A stretch of DNA of 64,000 nt from a virus. Every line of letters starts with the position of its first letter. Position 1 is the stretch's first letter. The position numbers and the translations under genes are program-made. Shown piece by piece: positions 26,109 through 35,951 of the stretch. The notes under the pieces were generated by a model. That model was not told the origin of the DNA, searched no databases, and saw only the letters and a program-made list of their open reading frames with translations. Location: the IMG/VR virus record IMGVR_UViG_3300044710_000107, positions 1-64,000 of that record; one strand, given 5' to 3'.

Positions 26109-27119
26109 ATGTCCGCCCACGCCGAACCGATCGCGCCGACCGACGCGCACCTCGCCATCGCCTACGACGTGGTCTCGGAGAACATCCTCGGCGGCGACCT
26201 GCGGGAACAGATCGCCCGCGCCATCGCAGAGGCAGAGGCGCGCGGCCGCAGGCTCGGCCAGGGTGGAAATCAGCCGCCTGCCGAGTTGCTGCCCGAACGG
26301 CTGATCGACCCGGATGTGCTGCCGGACCTGCTGGCCAGGAATTACGAGGCGTTGATTGAGCGCGGCGATGAGCTGTCGGCTGCGATCAAGCGCTGGAAGG
26401 CACTCCATCTGGTGCCGAAGCCGGACGACTGGCCGGAGGGCAAGGCGTGGCCGGAGCGCTACGCCATCCCGTCCGACGAGGACAACGGCAAGACGAGCAA
26501 CTTCGTTCGCCTGCTGACCAGCTACGCCGGCGGCAAGAGCGCGGCATCGGGCGAAGTGAACGAGGCCCGCGAGAAGGTGAAGGCGCCGATCATCGCAGCC
26601 GGCAAGGTGGTCGACGGCTGGTTCGGCACCCTGCGCGACGGCATCCGCGCCGACATGGCGATCATGGACCGGGCGCAGATCGAATACCTGCAGGACAAGG
26701 CCCGCAAAGAACAGCAGAAGCGTGACGCAGAGGCCGCCGCAGCGCTCGAGGAAGCCAACCGCCTGGCCGAAGCTGCGCGCTTGGCGAATGGCGCCGACGA
26801 TATCACCGAGAAGGCCGTGATCGCCGAAGAAAAGGCCGAGGCCGCGGTGAAGGCCGCCGAGGCGCCGGCCACCGACATGACGCGCACGCGCACCGCCGAG
26901 GGCACGACCACCAGCCTCGGCGGCAAATGGATCTGGCGCCTGGCGGACATCAAGGCGCTCGCGAAGGCGGTGATAGCCGGCGACGTGCCGAGCATGTTCC
27001 TCACCACGAACGACAGCGTCATCGGCGCTGCGGTGCGGCCGGCGAACGGACTTCGCACCTGCCCTGGGCTCGTCATCGAAAACGAAGCGAAACTGAATCG
27101 CAGCGGGAGGACGGCATGA
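26109..27119 (+). CDS. Hypothetical coiled-coil protein of the recombination module
   Basis: AGGAG RBS; 'AREKVKAPIIAAGKVVDGWF', long helix, 'GLRTCPGLVI'. Confidence 0.75.
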   Translation: MSAHAEPIAPTDAHLAIAYDVVSENILGGDLREQIARAIAEAEARGRRLGQGGNQPPAELLPERLIDPDVLPDLLARNYEALIERGDELSAAIKRWKALHLVPKPDDWPEGKAWPERYAIPSDEDNGKTSNFVRLLTSYAGGKSAASGEVNEAREKVKAPIIAAGKVVDGWFGTLRDGIRADMAIMDRAQIEYLQDKARKEQQKRDAEAAAALEEANRLAEAARLANGADDITEKAVIAEEKAEAAVKAAEAPATDMTRTRTAEGTTTSLGGKWIWRLADIKALAKAVIAGDVPSMFLTTNDSVIGAAVRPANGLRTCPGLVIENEAKLNRSGRTA

Positions 27120-27445
27120 AGATCATCGGCAAAACTGAGAATGGCTACATCGTCGAGGCGACCGATGATGAACTCGCCCATGCGGCTGGTTACCACGCAG
27201 GCTACGCGGCGCCCGGCTGGGATGCCAACCTCGGTGGCCGCTGGGGCCGTGGAGCGTTCCCAATCGGAACGAAGCTCAAGGTGACGGACGCGCACCGGTA
27301 CATGCAGGAGCTTCGGAACGGCGAGGACAAGGCCCGCGATTCCGCCGCGCAACTGAAAGCGCTGGCGACGATGATCAGCGCCGCGCTGCCGACGACGGTG
27401 ATACCGCCGAAGACCGGCGAGGCCGCCGCAGAACCAGCCGCCTGA
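27116..27445 (+). CDS. Hypothetical protein
   Basis: MKIIGKTENGYIVEAT...; GGAGG RBS. Confidence 0.7.
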   Translation: MKIIGKTENGYIVEATDDELAHAAGYHAGYAAPGWDANLGGRWGRGAFPIGTKLKVTDAHRYMQELRNGEDKARDSAAQLKALATMISAALPTTVIPPKTGEAAAEPAA

Positions 27446-27675
27446 TGCGACAGCATCCGGTCACGCCAGCGCGGAAAGCATTCGCCGAGGACCTCGGCGC
27501 TGCGATCGCTCGCGTGATCGACGACCACCCGAAGATCAGCCTAGACGAGATCGTTGCAGTGCAGGCGCAACTTCTGGGCGCCGGCATCAAAGCCGCCTAC
27601 CCGCAGGACGAGTGGTCGGCAATGACAGAGGTTGTGACAGCCAACATGGCTCAGCAGATGAAAGGCATCCAATGA
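27445..27675 (+). CDS. Hypothetical protein
   Basis: TGATG coupling. Confidence 0.55.
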   Translation: MRQHPVTPARKAFAEDLGAAIARVIDDHPKISLDEIVAVQAQLLGAGIKAAYPQDEWSAMTEVVTANMAQQMKGIQ

Positions 27676-28292
27676 CCAAGTACGCAGTTCTCGACACGGA
27701 AACATCCGGCTTGTTCGATTTCAAACTGCCGGCCGATGCGCCGACACAACCGCGCCTGTGCGCGATCACGCTGATACTGACGGACGACGACATCGAGCCG
27801 ATCGAGACTTACAGCGCGTTGATCAAGCCCGATGGCTGGACGGTCAGCGAAGAGATCACCGCGGTGAACGGCCTCACCACCGAGCGGTGCGAGGCCGATG
27901 GTGTGCCGATCCTTGAGGCGCTCGCCCGCTACACCGACGCCGTGAAAGCCGGCTACGTCGTCGTGGCCTTCAATGCGCAGTTCGACACCAAGGTCATGCG
28001 CGGGGAGTTCCGCCGTGCCGGCCTGCCCGACCTGTTCGAGGAGACGCCGAACATCTGCGCCATGCGCGCTAGCAAGGGCCTTGGCGTCGAGAAGGCCGGC
28101 GAGAAGAAGGGCGGCTTTCCGAAGTTGTCCGACGTCTACCGCCATTTCTTTTTCAAGGAGTTGGACGCGGCGCACACGTCGTTGTCCGACGCGACGGCGT
28201 GCCTCGAAATCTTCCGCAAGCTGGTGCAGATCGGCGCGGCGCCAGCACCCGAGGTGCACTACGCGAAGAACCGGCCAGGCGCTCCCGAATGA
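27672..28292 (+). CDS. DEDDh 3'-5' exonuclease (DnaQ-like)
   Basis: ExoI 'LDTETSG', ExoII 'AFNAQFD', ExoIII 'AHTSLSD'. Confidence 0.9.
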   Translation: MTKYAVLDTETSGLFDFKLPADAPTQPRLCAITLILTDDDIEPIETYSALIKPDGWTVSEEITAVNGLTTERCEADGVPILEALARYTDAVKAGYVVVAFNAQFDTKVMRGEFRRAGLPDLFEETPNICAMRASKGLGVEKAGEKKGGFPKLSDVYRHFFFKELDAAHTSLSDATACLEIFRKLVQIGAAPAPEVHYAKNRPGAPE

Positions 28293-28567
28293 GTGACGAC
28301 GAAGCCCCGCGGCCATGGCGCTGGCGGAACTGCCGCGCCATCCGCCTGTCAATTTCGTTCTCGCCGCTTCCTTGGACGTGGGGCCTTGGCGTCTGGAATA
28401 CCTGCAACGGCGGCGAGCATTGCGGCGGTTGCTACGGGAAGCATTGGGGCGTTGTGATCGGCCCGCTCTGCTTCTCCGCCGAGGCCGACCACGGCAACAT
28501 CTCGACCGGCGACTGGCGAGCACGCTTCGGATTGTCCGAAGAAGAAGCATGGGAAAGATCGAAATGA
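28289..28567 (+). CDS. Hypothetical protein
   Basis: ATGA coupling both sides. Confidence 0.5.
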   Translation: MSDDEAPRPWRWRNCRAIRLSISFSPLPWTWGLGVWNTCNGGEHCGGCYGKHWGVVIGPLCFSAEADHGNISTGDWRARFGLSEEEAWERSK

Positions 28568-30348
28568 GCGACCGCACGACGAGCACCGCTAGCCGCGAAA
28601 ACCGCGCGCGCGAGGAACTGATGACCGTGCTTGCGCAGGCAGAATCGCGCCGCGCACAATTCCTTGAGTTGCTGCCTTCGCAAATATCGTGGGACTCATT
28701 CAAAGACACCTTCAAGATCGCCGTCCAGATCAACCCGAGGCTGCTGGAAGCAAACCGCGAGAGCTTCTGGATCGCGTTGCAGCGGGCCGCGATGGATGGC
28801 CTGATGCCGGACGGCCGCGAGGGCGCGCTGGTTATCTTTGGTGACGACAGCGAAGATGAAGAAGGCAACCGCGTCGCCTCGACCGCCAACAAGCCGAAGC
28901 GGGTGCAGTGGATGCCGATGGTGTGGGGATTGGTGAAACTCGTGCGCAACACGGGCAACATCGCGAACATCCGCACGAAGCTCGTCTACAAGGGCGAGCG
29001 CGTCGAAATCATCGACGAGGACGGGGCCGAGAGCTACAAGCACATCCGCACGATCGGCGGTCCCGATCAGATCAACGACGATCCGGCGAACATCGTCGGC
29101 GCCTACGCAGTAGTGAATTACAAAGATGGCTTCTGGGAAATGGAGCCGATGAGCCGCGCTCAGATCGATCAGGTGCGCGCGGTCAGCCGGGCGAAGAAAG
29201 GGCCGTGGCTGCCATGGTATGACGAGATGGCGAAGAAAACAGTGCTGCGTCGGCTTATCAAGCGCCTCGACAAATCGCCGGTGCGCCTGCTCGAAGCCGC
29301 CCTCGATCGCGACGACACACTCACAATTGAGGGGGCGGCCGAGACGCCCGCGCAACGCGCCATCGCCGCGCCCGCGAAACCTACGCCCGTAGCCGACCGG
29401 CCGGCGCCCGATCCAGATCGACGCGAGCCGGAACAGCGGCAGCCCGATCCGCCAACCGAGGATCAGCGCGGACAGCAGGAGCGACAGCAGGCCGCTACCG
29501 ATCCCGGCAAAGATCAGCCGCCGCCCGCGCAGCAGGAGCCGCCGCGTCAGCAGCCGGCGGCCGGTACTGCGGTCGCCTTCTTCCCGGTCGACGACGTCGG
29601 CGAGCCGTTTGAACTGCCCGGCGGCGCCGAGGCGTTCGACAAGCCGAGCGACTTCGCCGGCTGGGTCGCGACCATGATGAAGGTGACGGCGCGGCCGGAG
29701 GCTCTATGGGAGAACAATGCGGACGCGCTGGGTGAGTTGAAGGCCGGCTGGCCCGACCTGTGGCGCCTGGCCGATGACGCCTATGCCGACGCTCAGAAGC
29801 GCGTGCAGGAACCGCCCGCAGCGACCGGGACGGCCGAAGACGCCGGCCAGCAGCCCGACGCCGCCAGCGGCCCGGAAAACGGCCCTGGCGAGGGCGACGG
29901 CATTCCGCCGGTCAAGGTGCCGTTGACGACTGGCGGGAAGCCCAGCGCCATCGGTTACGCCAAGGCCTGCCGCGCCGAACTCGACCACCTGACGACGCAG
30001 CAGGACGTCGCGGCATGGGTGAACCGCAACTTCCAGACCTACCAGGGCCGGGCGATCGAGGCCGCAATCGAGAAGCACATCCGCGAGACACGCGCGCGGA
30101 TCGGCGGCGGAAGCGGTGCCGGCCCCGACGCGCAGCAGCAGCCTGCAGCGGACCGTGACGCCGCGACCGCCGACGGCTACCTCGAGGAAATCAAGGCGAT
30201 GACGTCGCTGGACGCCGGCAAGACGTTCGGCGCCCGCGGCGACGTGGTCACCAAGATGGCCCGATGGGAGCGCGAGCGGCCCGAGTTGCACAAGGCGGTG
30301 ACCGATGCCGCCGCGGCGAAGATGGCCGAGTTAAAGGGAGCGCGGTGA
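28564..30348 (+). CDS. recT: RecT-family ssDNA annealing protein with long C-terminal extension
   Basis: 'AAMDGLMPDGREGALV', 'QWMPMVWGLVKLVRNTG', 'GPWLPWYDEMAKKTVLRRLIKRL'. Confidence 0.88.
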   Translation: MSDRTTSTASRENRAREELMTVLAQAESRRAQFLELLPSQISWDSFKDTFKIAVQINPRLLEANRESFWIALQRAAMDGLMPDGREGALVIFGDDSEDEEGNRVASTANKPKRVQWMPMVWGLVKLVRNTGNIANIRTKLVYKGERVEIIDEDGAESYKHIRTIGGPDQINDDPANIVGAYAVVNYKDGFWEMEPMSRAQIDQVRAVSRAKKGPWLPWYDEMAKKTVLRRLIKRLDKSPVRLLEAALDRDDTLTIEGAAETPAQRAIAAPAKPTPVADRPAPDPDRREPEQRQPDPPTEDQRGQQERQQAATDPGKDQPPPAQQEPPRQQPAAGTAVAFFPVDDVGEPFELPGGAEAFDKPSDFAGWVATMMKVTARPEALWENNADALGELKAGWPDLWRLADDAYADAQKRVQEPPAATGTAEDAGQQPDAASGPENGPGEGDGIPPVKVPLTTGGKPSAIGYAKACRAELDHLTTQQDVAAWVNRNFQTYQGRAIEAAIEKHIRETRARIGGGSGAGPDAQQQPAADRDAATADGYLEEIKAMTSLDAGKTFGARGDVVTKMARWERERPELHKAVTDAAAAKMAELKGAR

Positions 30349-30965
30349 TGGGCAAGCCAATTCTCTGCGTGGATTTTGATGGCGTCGTGCATTCGTACAC
30401 CAGCGGCTGGAAGGGCGCGACCGTCATCCCGGACCCGCCTGTCGCCGGCTCGCTGCAATGGCTCTGGAAGGCGACCGAGTTCTGGGACGTCCAGATTTAC
30501 TCATCGCGGTCGAAGGATTCCGCCGCGGTCGCAGCAATGAAGGCTTGGATGATCAACCACGCCGCCCTCGTCTTCGATGGCGAAGACCACCCGATGCGGA
30601 ACGGCGGCGGTGGCTACCCCATTGGGTTCGTCCACGAGAAGCCGAGCGCCTTTCTTACGATCGACGATCGCGCCATCTGCTTCGAAGGCGACTGGTCCGA
30701 ACTCGACGCGGCCGATCTGCTGAATTTCAAGCCATGGAACAAGCGACCGCTCGGCGCGACCGGCAAGTTTCCGAATGGACAGCTTGGGCACGACGACCAA
30801 GGCGAACTCTCTATGGGCGTCGCATGGGACGAGCGCGCAGGCTTGGTGCGGCTTGCATTCGGCAAACCGGTGGCGTGGCTGGCGTTCCCGCGTGAGCAGG
30901 CGGTCGAGATGGCGAAGCTGTTACTGCGGCACGCGGGCGCAACGAAGGTCGAGGTCGAATTCTGA
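30348..30965 (+). CDS. HAD-family phosphatase-like protein fused to a second small domain
   Basis: 'LCVDFDGV', 'SSR', 'KP...IDDRA'. Confidence 0.8.
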   Translation: MGKPILCVDFDGVVHSYTSGWKGATVIPDPPVAGSLQWLWKATEFWDVQIYSSRSKDSAAVAAMKAWMINHAALVFDGEDHPMRNGGGGYPIGFVHEKPSAFLTIDDRAICFEGDWSELDAADLLNFKPWNKRPLGATGKFPNGQLGHDDQGELSMGVAWDERAGLVRLAFGKPVAWLAFPREQAVEMAKLLLRHAGATKVEVEF

Positions 30966-31165
30966 TGACCGAGCAAGCCACGTTCATCAACCGGCTGCGG
31001 ATCTGCCACTCGATCGACCTGCACGAACTCGAAGCCGCCGGCCTACGCCTCGACGGCAAGCGGTGGCACGAGTTCCGCAGCAACCCGTACGTCTTCCTCA
31101 TGCGGTGCGATGACCCGACCGCCGACGCGATCTGGAGGGTGATCCAGGCCAGGGAGACAGGTTGA
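30965..31165 (+). CDS. Hypothetical protein
   Basis: TGATG coupling. Confidence 0.6.
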   Translation: MTEQATFINRLRICHSIDLHELEAAGLRLDGKRWHEFRSNPYVFLMRCDDPTADAIWRVIQARETG

Positions 31166-31497
31166 TGGCGAAACAGGTCAGTTACGTCTGCGATCGCTGT
31201 GGGCATTCGCAGGCCGACGACAAGCCGGGAACGTTTGACGGGAAGCGGAACATGAATACGGTCTCGTTGCTTGTTCATGTCGGCCACCGGGACATCTATC
31301 CTTACTCCACCAGCGTGGGCCTCGACGACGGAACGATGCGGGCGTCGAAACTGTGGTGTGACGAATGCCTGCTGGCGACCGGGTTGACGAAGATCGTGAA
31401 GCTGCCCGATCGCAACCCTCGCCTCGCTCCAGCATCGCCTGGGCTTGAAGACATCATCCGCGATTGGATCGCCGACGCAGTGAAGGCCGCCCTCTGA
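31165..31497 (+). CDS. Zn-ribbon-like hypothetical protein
   Basis: 'CDRCG...WCDEC'. Confidence 0.65.
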   Translation: MAKQVSYVCDRCGHSQADDKPGTFDGKRNMNTVSLLVHVGHRDIYPYSTSVGLDDGTMRASKLWCDECLLATGLTKIVKLPDRNPRLAPASPGLEDIIRDWIADAVKAAL

Positions 31498-31712
31498 TGG
31501 CCGACAACGAATCCAAATTGTCCGACGCTATCGATCGCGCGACGGAAAAAGCGGCCCGTCTCCGCGCCAGCCATGATCGCCTTCTGGCGGAACTCGAAAA
31601 CATCGTGCCCAGGTTCCATCGGTGCTGCATCGCGACCGGCAGCGCAGAGTGGGCCGCCGACGGGGCTGTCGAAAACGCGCGCGCTGCCATCGCTGCAGCA
31701 AAGGAAGTGTGA
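31497..31712 (+). CDS. Hypothetical protein
   Basis: 'LLAELE...ARAAIAAAK'; coupled. Confidence 0.6.
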   Translation: MADNESKLSDAIDRATEKAARLRASHDRLLAELENIVPRFHRCCIATGSAEWAADGAVENARAAIAAAKEV

Positions 31713-31906
31713 TGGCGAAGCGCGACGGGCCGATCACCAGGCAGAAAGAGCGGATCGCCTTCCTCCGGACGCGGCTGGCCGAGATCGACCGCGAGCGAGC
31801 GCGGATCGTGATCCAACTCGACGAGGCAGAGAACGCCCTGGCGATGCTGACTGGCAAGCCTGCGGAGACGCCGCGGCTACCATTGGAGGAGCGGGCCGAT
31901 GCCTGA
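31712..31906 (+). CDS. Small coiled-coil protein
   Basis: Coupled ORF. Confidence 0.55.
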   Translation: MAKRDGPITRQKERIAFLRTRLAEIDRERARIVIQLDEAENALAMLTGKPAETPRLPLEERADA

Positions 31907-33611
31907 CGCGCTGCCTCCCGAGCTGCTGGACCAGCGGCTCGCCATCGTGGGCAAGACCGGCTCGGGCAAGAGCTTCACGGCCTGCGGTGCGGTGGAGTGT
32001 CTACTGGACCGCGGTGACCGCGTGGCCATCGTGGACCCCACTGGTGCTTGGTGGGGACTGCGGTCGAGCGCCGATGGGGCGCAACCGGGTTTCCCGGTCG
32101 TCGTGTTTGGCGGCGAGCACGCCGATGTTGACCTGCTGGAGACCATGGGCGCACCTCTCGCGCGCCTGATCGCCAGCGGCAAGGTGGACGCCTGCGTGAT
32201 CGACGTGTCGGGCCTCGGCACCCATGCGGCGCTACGGCGGTTCGCCACAGCGTTGCTCGAAACCCTCTATGCAGAGAACCGAGAACCGCTGCACCTGATC
32301 GTCGACGAAGCCGACATTTTCGCGCCGCAGAGGCCCCAGCGTGACGGCCTGCGCCTGCTGGGCAGCATGGAGGAAATCGTCCGCCGCGGCCGCAAGCGCG
32401 GGTTCGTCCCCTGGCTGATCACGCAGCGGCCGGCCGTCGTCCACAAGGATGTGCTGAGCCAGGCGGACGTCATGGTCGCGATGAAGCTGACCCTCGCGCA
32501 CGACCGGGACGCGATCGGCCGCTGGATCGAGGGGCAGGCCGACCGTGAGCAGGGCAAGCGGATCCTGGGGGATCTCCCGACACTGCCGCTCGGGACCGGC
32601 TACGTCTGGGCCCCCGGCGACGGCATCCTGGAGCGCATGGCGTTTCCGCGGATCAGGTCGTTCGACAGCTTCGCCACTCCAAAGCGGGGCGACCGCGCGG
32701 CGGCTCCCCGCACCCTCGCGGAGGTCGACCTGACCGCCATCACGGCGGCGCTGGAGGCTGATGACGATGAACATTCCGCAAAACGCGGAAAGTCCAAAAG
32801 CGCACCTATCGTTGCCGATCCGGCTGCGATCGATGCGGCCCGCGCCGAGGGATATCGAGACGGCATGATCGAGGGCGCGCGGGTCCAACGCGCTACCGAC
32901 GCGGAGAAAATGCACGCCATGGAGAAAGCGATGCAGGCTGCGCTCGGCTATCTCGCCCCCTACGTCCGCACCGAGGCTGACGGCACGCGGATCATCGATG
33001 TCCGAGAACCGTCGGTTCTCACCATCGAAGCTGATCTCGGCGCCGCGCCGATCGGCCGCCCGGTTCCAGATCGCGCCAGCGGAAATGGTGCCGCGCCGCC
33101 GCGTCAGCGCCGCCCCGTCCAGGTAGCGCCATCCGGAGCCGGCGATCTGAACTCGGCCGCCCGGAAACTCCTGACCGCATCGGTCCAGCACGCACCGGCG
33201 AAATTCACCTGGGGACAGCTCGCCACGATCGCGGGCCTAAAGCCATCCGGCGGCCACTTCAACACCGGCCGCAAGCAACTTCTCGATGCCGCGCTGGTCG
33301 ACGATCCAGGCGACCTGGTGCGCCCGACAGCGGCCGGCGTAGCGGTGATCGGGGAAACGCCGCCGGCGCCGTCCAGCGCGGCCGAGCGGCTTGCCATGTG
33401 GTGCAGCCGCCTACCGTCACCGGCACCCGACATGCTGCGCGCCCTGGTGCGGCACGGCCCCAGGTTCATCGATCCGGCCGACCTCGCCGCCGAACTCGGT
33501 AAGGAGCCGCGTGGCGGCCATTGGAATACCGGGGTGAGCATCCTGAAAGCCAACCTGCTGGTTGAGCTGCAGGGCCGCTCAATGCGGGCGGCGTCTCTCT
33601 TGCGGCCATGA
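31899..33611 (+). CDS. HerA/FtsK-like (DUF87) ATPase with C-terminal tandem wHTH-like repeats
   Basis: Walker A 'GKTGSGKS', Walker B 'LIVDEAD', 'RGRKRG', 'ITQRP'; repeats 'PSGGHFNT'/'PRGGHWNT'. Confidence 0.88.
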   Translation: MPDALPPELLDQRLAIVGKTGSGKSFTACGAVECLLDRGDRVAIVDPTGAWWGLRSSADGAQPGFPVVVFGGEHADVDLLETMGAPLARLIASGKVDACVIDVSGLGTHAALRRFATALLETLYAENREPLHLIVDEADIFAPQRPQRDGLRLLGSMEEIVRRGRKRGFVPWLITQRPAVVHKDVLSQADVMVAMKLTLAHDRDAIGRWIEGQADREQGKRILGDLPTLPLGTGYVWAPGDGILERMAFPRIRSFDSFATPKRGDRAAAPRTLAEVDLTAITAALEADDDEHSAKRGKSKSAPIVADPAAIDAARAEGYRDGMIEGARVQRATDAEKMHAMEKAMQAALGYLAPYVRTEADGTRIIDVREPSVLTIEADLGAAPIGRPVPDRASGNGAAPPRQRRPVQVAPSGAGDLNSAARKLLTASVQHAPAKFTWGQLATIAGLKPSGGHFNTGRKQLLDAALVDDPGDLVRPTAAGVAVIGETPPAPSSAAERLAMWCSRLPSPAPDMLRALVRHGPRFIDPADLAAELGKEPRGGHWNTGVSILKANLLVELQGRSMRAASLLRP

Positions 33612-34006
33612 GCCGTCGGGCGAAAAATCCTCGCGTCGTCCTCTGCGCCTATTGCCACAACCCGGCCGAGTTGCTGCCCGACAGCACGCCGCTCTACGGC
33701 AAGGATTACGGTCCGGTCTGGCGCTGCGAACTCTGCAAGGCCTGGGTCGGGGTCCACAAGGGCACGACGCGCCCGCTGGGCAGGCTGGCGAACGCGGAGC
33801 TTCGGGTGTTGAAGCAGCGCGCCCACGCGGCCTTCGACCCGATCTGGAAATCCGGCCTGATGAACCGCGGCGACGCCTATGCGTGGCTGTCGGACCAGCT
33901 CGGGATTGAGTTGAAGGACACGCATGTGGGCATGATGGACGAGCAGCAATGCCTCCTGGTCGAGACTGTGGCCTTGTGGTGGCGCGATGGCAGAAGAGCC
34001 GCATGA
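33608..34006 (+). CDS. DUF3268-type zinc-finger protein
   Basis: 'CAYC...CELCKAWVGVHKGT.RPLGRLANAELR...AHAAFDPIW'. Confidence 0.85.
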   Translation: MSRRAKNPRVVLCAYCHNPAELLPDSTPLYGKDYGPVWRCELCKAWVGVHKGTTRPLGRLANAELRVLKQRAHAAFDPIWKSGLMNRGDAYAWLSDQLGIELKDTHVGMMDEQQCLLVETVALWWRDGRRAA

Positions 34007-34212
34007 TGGCCGCGAACCAGCGTTGGTCGAAGGATGAACTCGCCGTCCTGGATGCGAACTACGCCAGGGGTGACAGCATCCGGATATCGGCCCGCATTCT
34101 GGGCAGGACCGAACATCGGGTCCGCCAGCAAGAGCTACAGCGCGGCCTGTGGCGGCGGCAGGACGATCCCCGGCACAAGCGGATGCAACGCGAAAAGGAA
34201 ACAACGCCATGA
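34003..34212 (+). CDS. Small Myb/HTH-like protein
   Basis: 'WSKDELAVL...ILGRT'. Confidence 0.55.
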   Translation: MMAANQRWSKDELAVLDANYARGDSIRISARILGRTEHRVRQQELQRGLWRRQDDPRHKRMQREKETTP

Positions 34213-34253
34213 CGCCCACAGCCCGCGCTCGACGGCTGGCCGATGGCGGCGCG

Positions 34254-34877
34254 TCATGGGCCGATCGCCCCGGCCTGCACGTCCACTACAATTCCGGCGA
34301 TCCCATGAGACGTGAACGGGTCGAGCGTCCATCGGCCAAAGTGCTTGATGCCGAAGTTGCTCATCACCAGCCATGAAACCGCCGGCACGAGCGGCACAGG
34401 GTCATCGCCGTGCCAGTATTCGACTCCAGTCATGCCGCTTGCCTCGATCATATCCCGAAGCTGCGGCCCTGCGCTCCAGGGTTTTTCCCAGCAGACGCAC
34501 CGGCTCGCCCCTAATAGCACAGCCAACATTGGCGCGATCGCCGCCCCGCGGCTGTGCCCCTGCACAATGAGCGGTGTCGGCGGGTCGGTGCCGAGCAGCG
34601 GGTCCAGTCCAGCGTATAGCGTTTCTGCGCCAGCCAGAAACCCATCCTCGCAGACGCCGAGCTTAGGGTGCGTGCGCGCGACCTTTGGCGCTATCTGGAA
34701 ATCGCTCCACCAACCGGCTTGGTTTGCGGTGCCTCGGACCGTCACGACGATGCAGCCGGGATAGCGCCGGATCACCGCGCGATCTGGTCCGGCGTCAACG
34801 ACCTGGCCGACCGGCACGACGGCATAGCTGTCGGCCTGCAGCAGCACCAGGCCGGCATCAGATGGAACGATGCTCAT
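34254..34877 (-). CDS. Class 3 lipase-like alpha/beta hydrolase at the end of the lysis cassette
   Basis: 'VRGT', 'GHSRG' nucleophile elbow, 'DPVPLVP', C-terminal His. Confidence 0.85.
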   Translation of the reverse strand: MSIVPSDAGLVLLQADSYAVVPVGQVVDAGPDRAVIRRYPGCIVVTVRGTANQAGWWSDFQIAPKVARTHPKLGVCEDGFLAGAETLYAGLDPLLGTDPPTPLIVQGHSRGAAIAPMLAVLLGASRCVCWEKPWSAGPQLRDMIEASGMTGVEYWHGDDPVPLVPAVSWLVMSNFGIKHFGRWTLDPFTSHGIAGIVVDVQAGAIGP

Positions 34878-34972
34878 TGCGCCTACGCTCCCAAGTCGGC
34901 ACTATGGGCGGGACCGGCGCCCGCGGAAACGAGCGACGGTCCCTTGCCACTCACGCGATGGGAGCCGCGATC

Positions 34973-35494
34973 ATGGCCGACGAACAGCATATCGAAGAAT
35001 GGCGCCCGGTTGAAGGCTGGCCTTACGAGGTCAGCAGCCTTGGACGTGTGCGCAGGACAGGCGCATCGAAGGGAACGACTGTCGGAAGAATTCTCAGGGT
35101 GCAGACTGACAAAAAGGGATACCTCTACGTTTCGCTGCACCGGAACACCGTTAAGAGAAACAAATTTATAGCACGGCTTGTCTGTCGAGCGTTTCACGGC
35201 GCTGCCCCGACCCCGCTTCACGAAGTGGCGCATTGGGATGGCAACGAGATCAACAATACTCCCGCCAACTTACGTTGGGCAACGCACCAGGAAAATCGCG
35301 GCGATGATGCCGATCGTCTTGGGGAACGCCTTCGAGGCGAACGCACTCCTTGGTCGAAGCTGTCGCAGCAGTCCGTCGATGAGATACGCGATCTAGCAGC
35401 CAAGGGCGTTCTCCATCGTGAGATCGCCGCCCGGTACGGCATATCGCGCACTCATGTCTCAACGATCAAATGCAGACGGTCGTGGAGACTATAG
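34973..35494 (+). CDS. NUMOD4-HNH homing endonuclease with C-terminal HTH
   Basis: 'EEWRPVEGWPYEVSSLGRVR', 'VAHWDGNEINN..ANLRWAT..EN'. Confidence 0.92.
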   Translation: MADEQHIEEWRPVEGWPYEVSSLGRVRRTGASKGTTVGRILRVQTDKKGYLYVSLHRNTVKRNKFIARLVCRAFHGAAPTPLHEVAHWDGNEINNTPANLRWATHQENRGDDADRLGERLRGERTPWSKLSQQSVDEIRDLAAKGVLHREIAARYGISRTHVSTIKCRRSWRL

Positions 35495-35944
35495 GCCGGC
35501 TGGTGACGCCGCGATGGCAAGCGCTGCGGCAATTGCGGCAGGCATGCCAGCCGTCGACGCGCCCGCCTGCAAGGTCTGGCGCAATTTGGCGATGCAGCCA
35601 GTTTCAAGCGTCGTCACGACGGCATTGAACTGAGGGCTATTCGGCGCATACAGCGACGCGATCTCGGCCGACGTGAAGATGCCGACTGTTGCGCCTGCGG
35701 GTGTCGCGGCGATCACCTTGCGAATGTTGGCGCCGACTGTCATTGCGGCCTGCGCGCACGCGGCACCAGCGGTATCGGGCGGTGTCGCCGCATTCGCCAC
35801 AGCGATGGCGCTGGTCAGATCGGCCTGCGCCGTATTGGCGATCGTCGTCAGGTTGGCAAGCGTCTGCTGGCCGCCTGACGCAGGGGGCTGGACGCAGCCA
35901 GCGAGCGCGAGCAGCGCGCCGCCGGCCAGGAGAAATCGCTTCAT
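35489..35944 (-). CDS. Lipoprotein in the lysis cassette (spanin-like position)
   Basis: Lipobox 'MKRFLLAGGALLALAGC'. Confidence 0.75.
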   Translation of the reverse strand: MKRFLLAGGALLALAGCVQPPASGGQQTLANLTTIANTAQADLTSAIAVANAATPPDTAGAACAQAAMTVGANIRKVIAATPAGATVGIFTSAEIASLYAPNSPQFNAVVTTLETGCIAKLRQTLQAGASTAGMPAAIAAALAIAASPAGL

Positions 35945-35951
35945 GGTAGCC

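Noticed and set aside
32761-32868. Possible nested 35-aa ORF (MTMNIPQ...) after GGAGG in the HerA linker
   Set aside because: Short, product not convincingly protein-like; GGAGG arises from Leu-Glu-Ala codons
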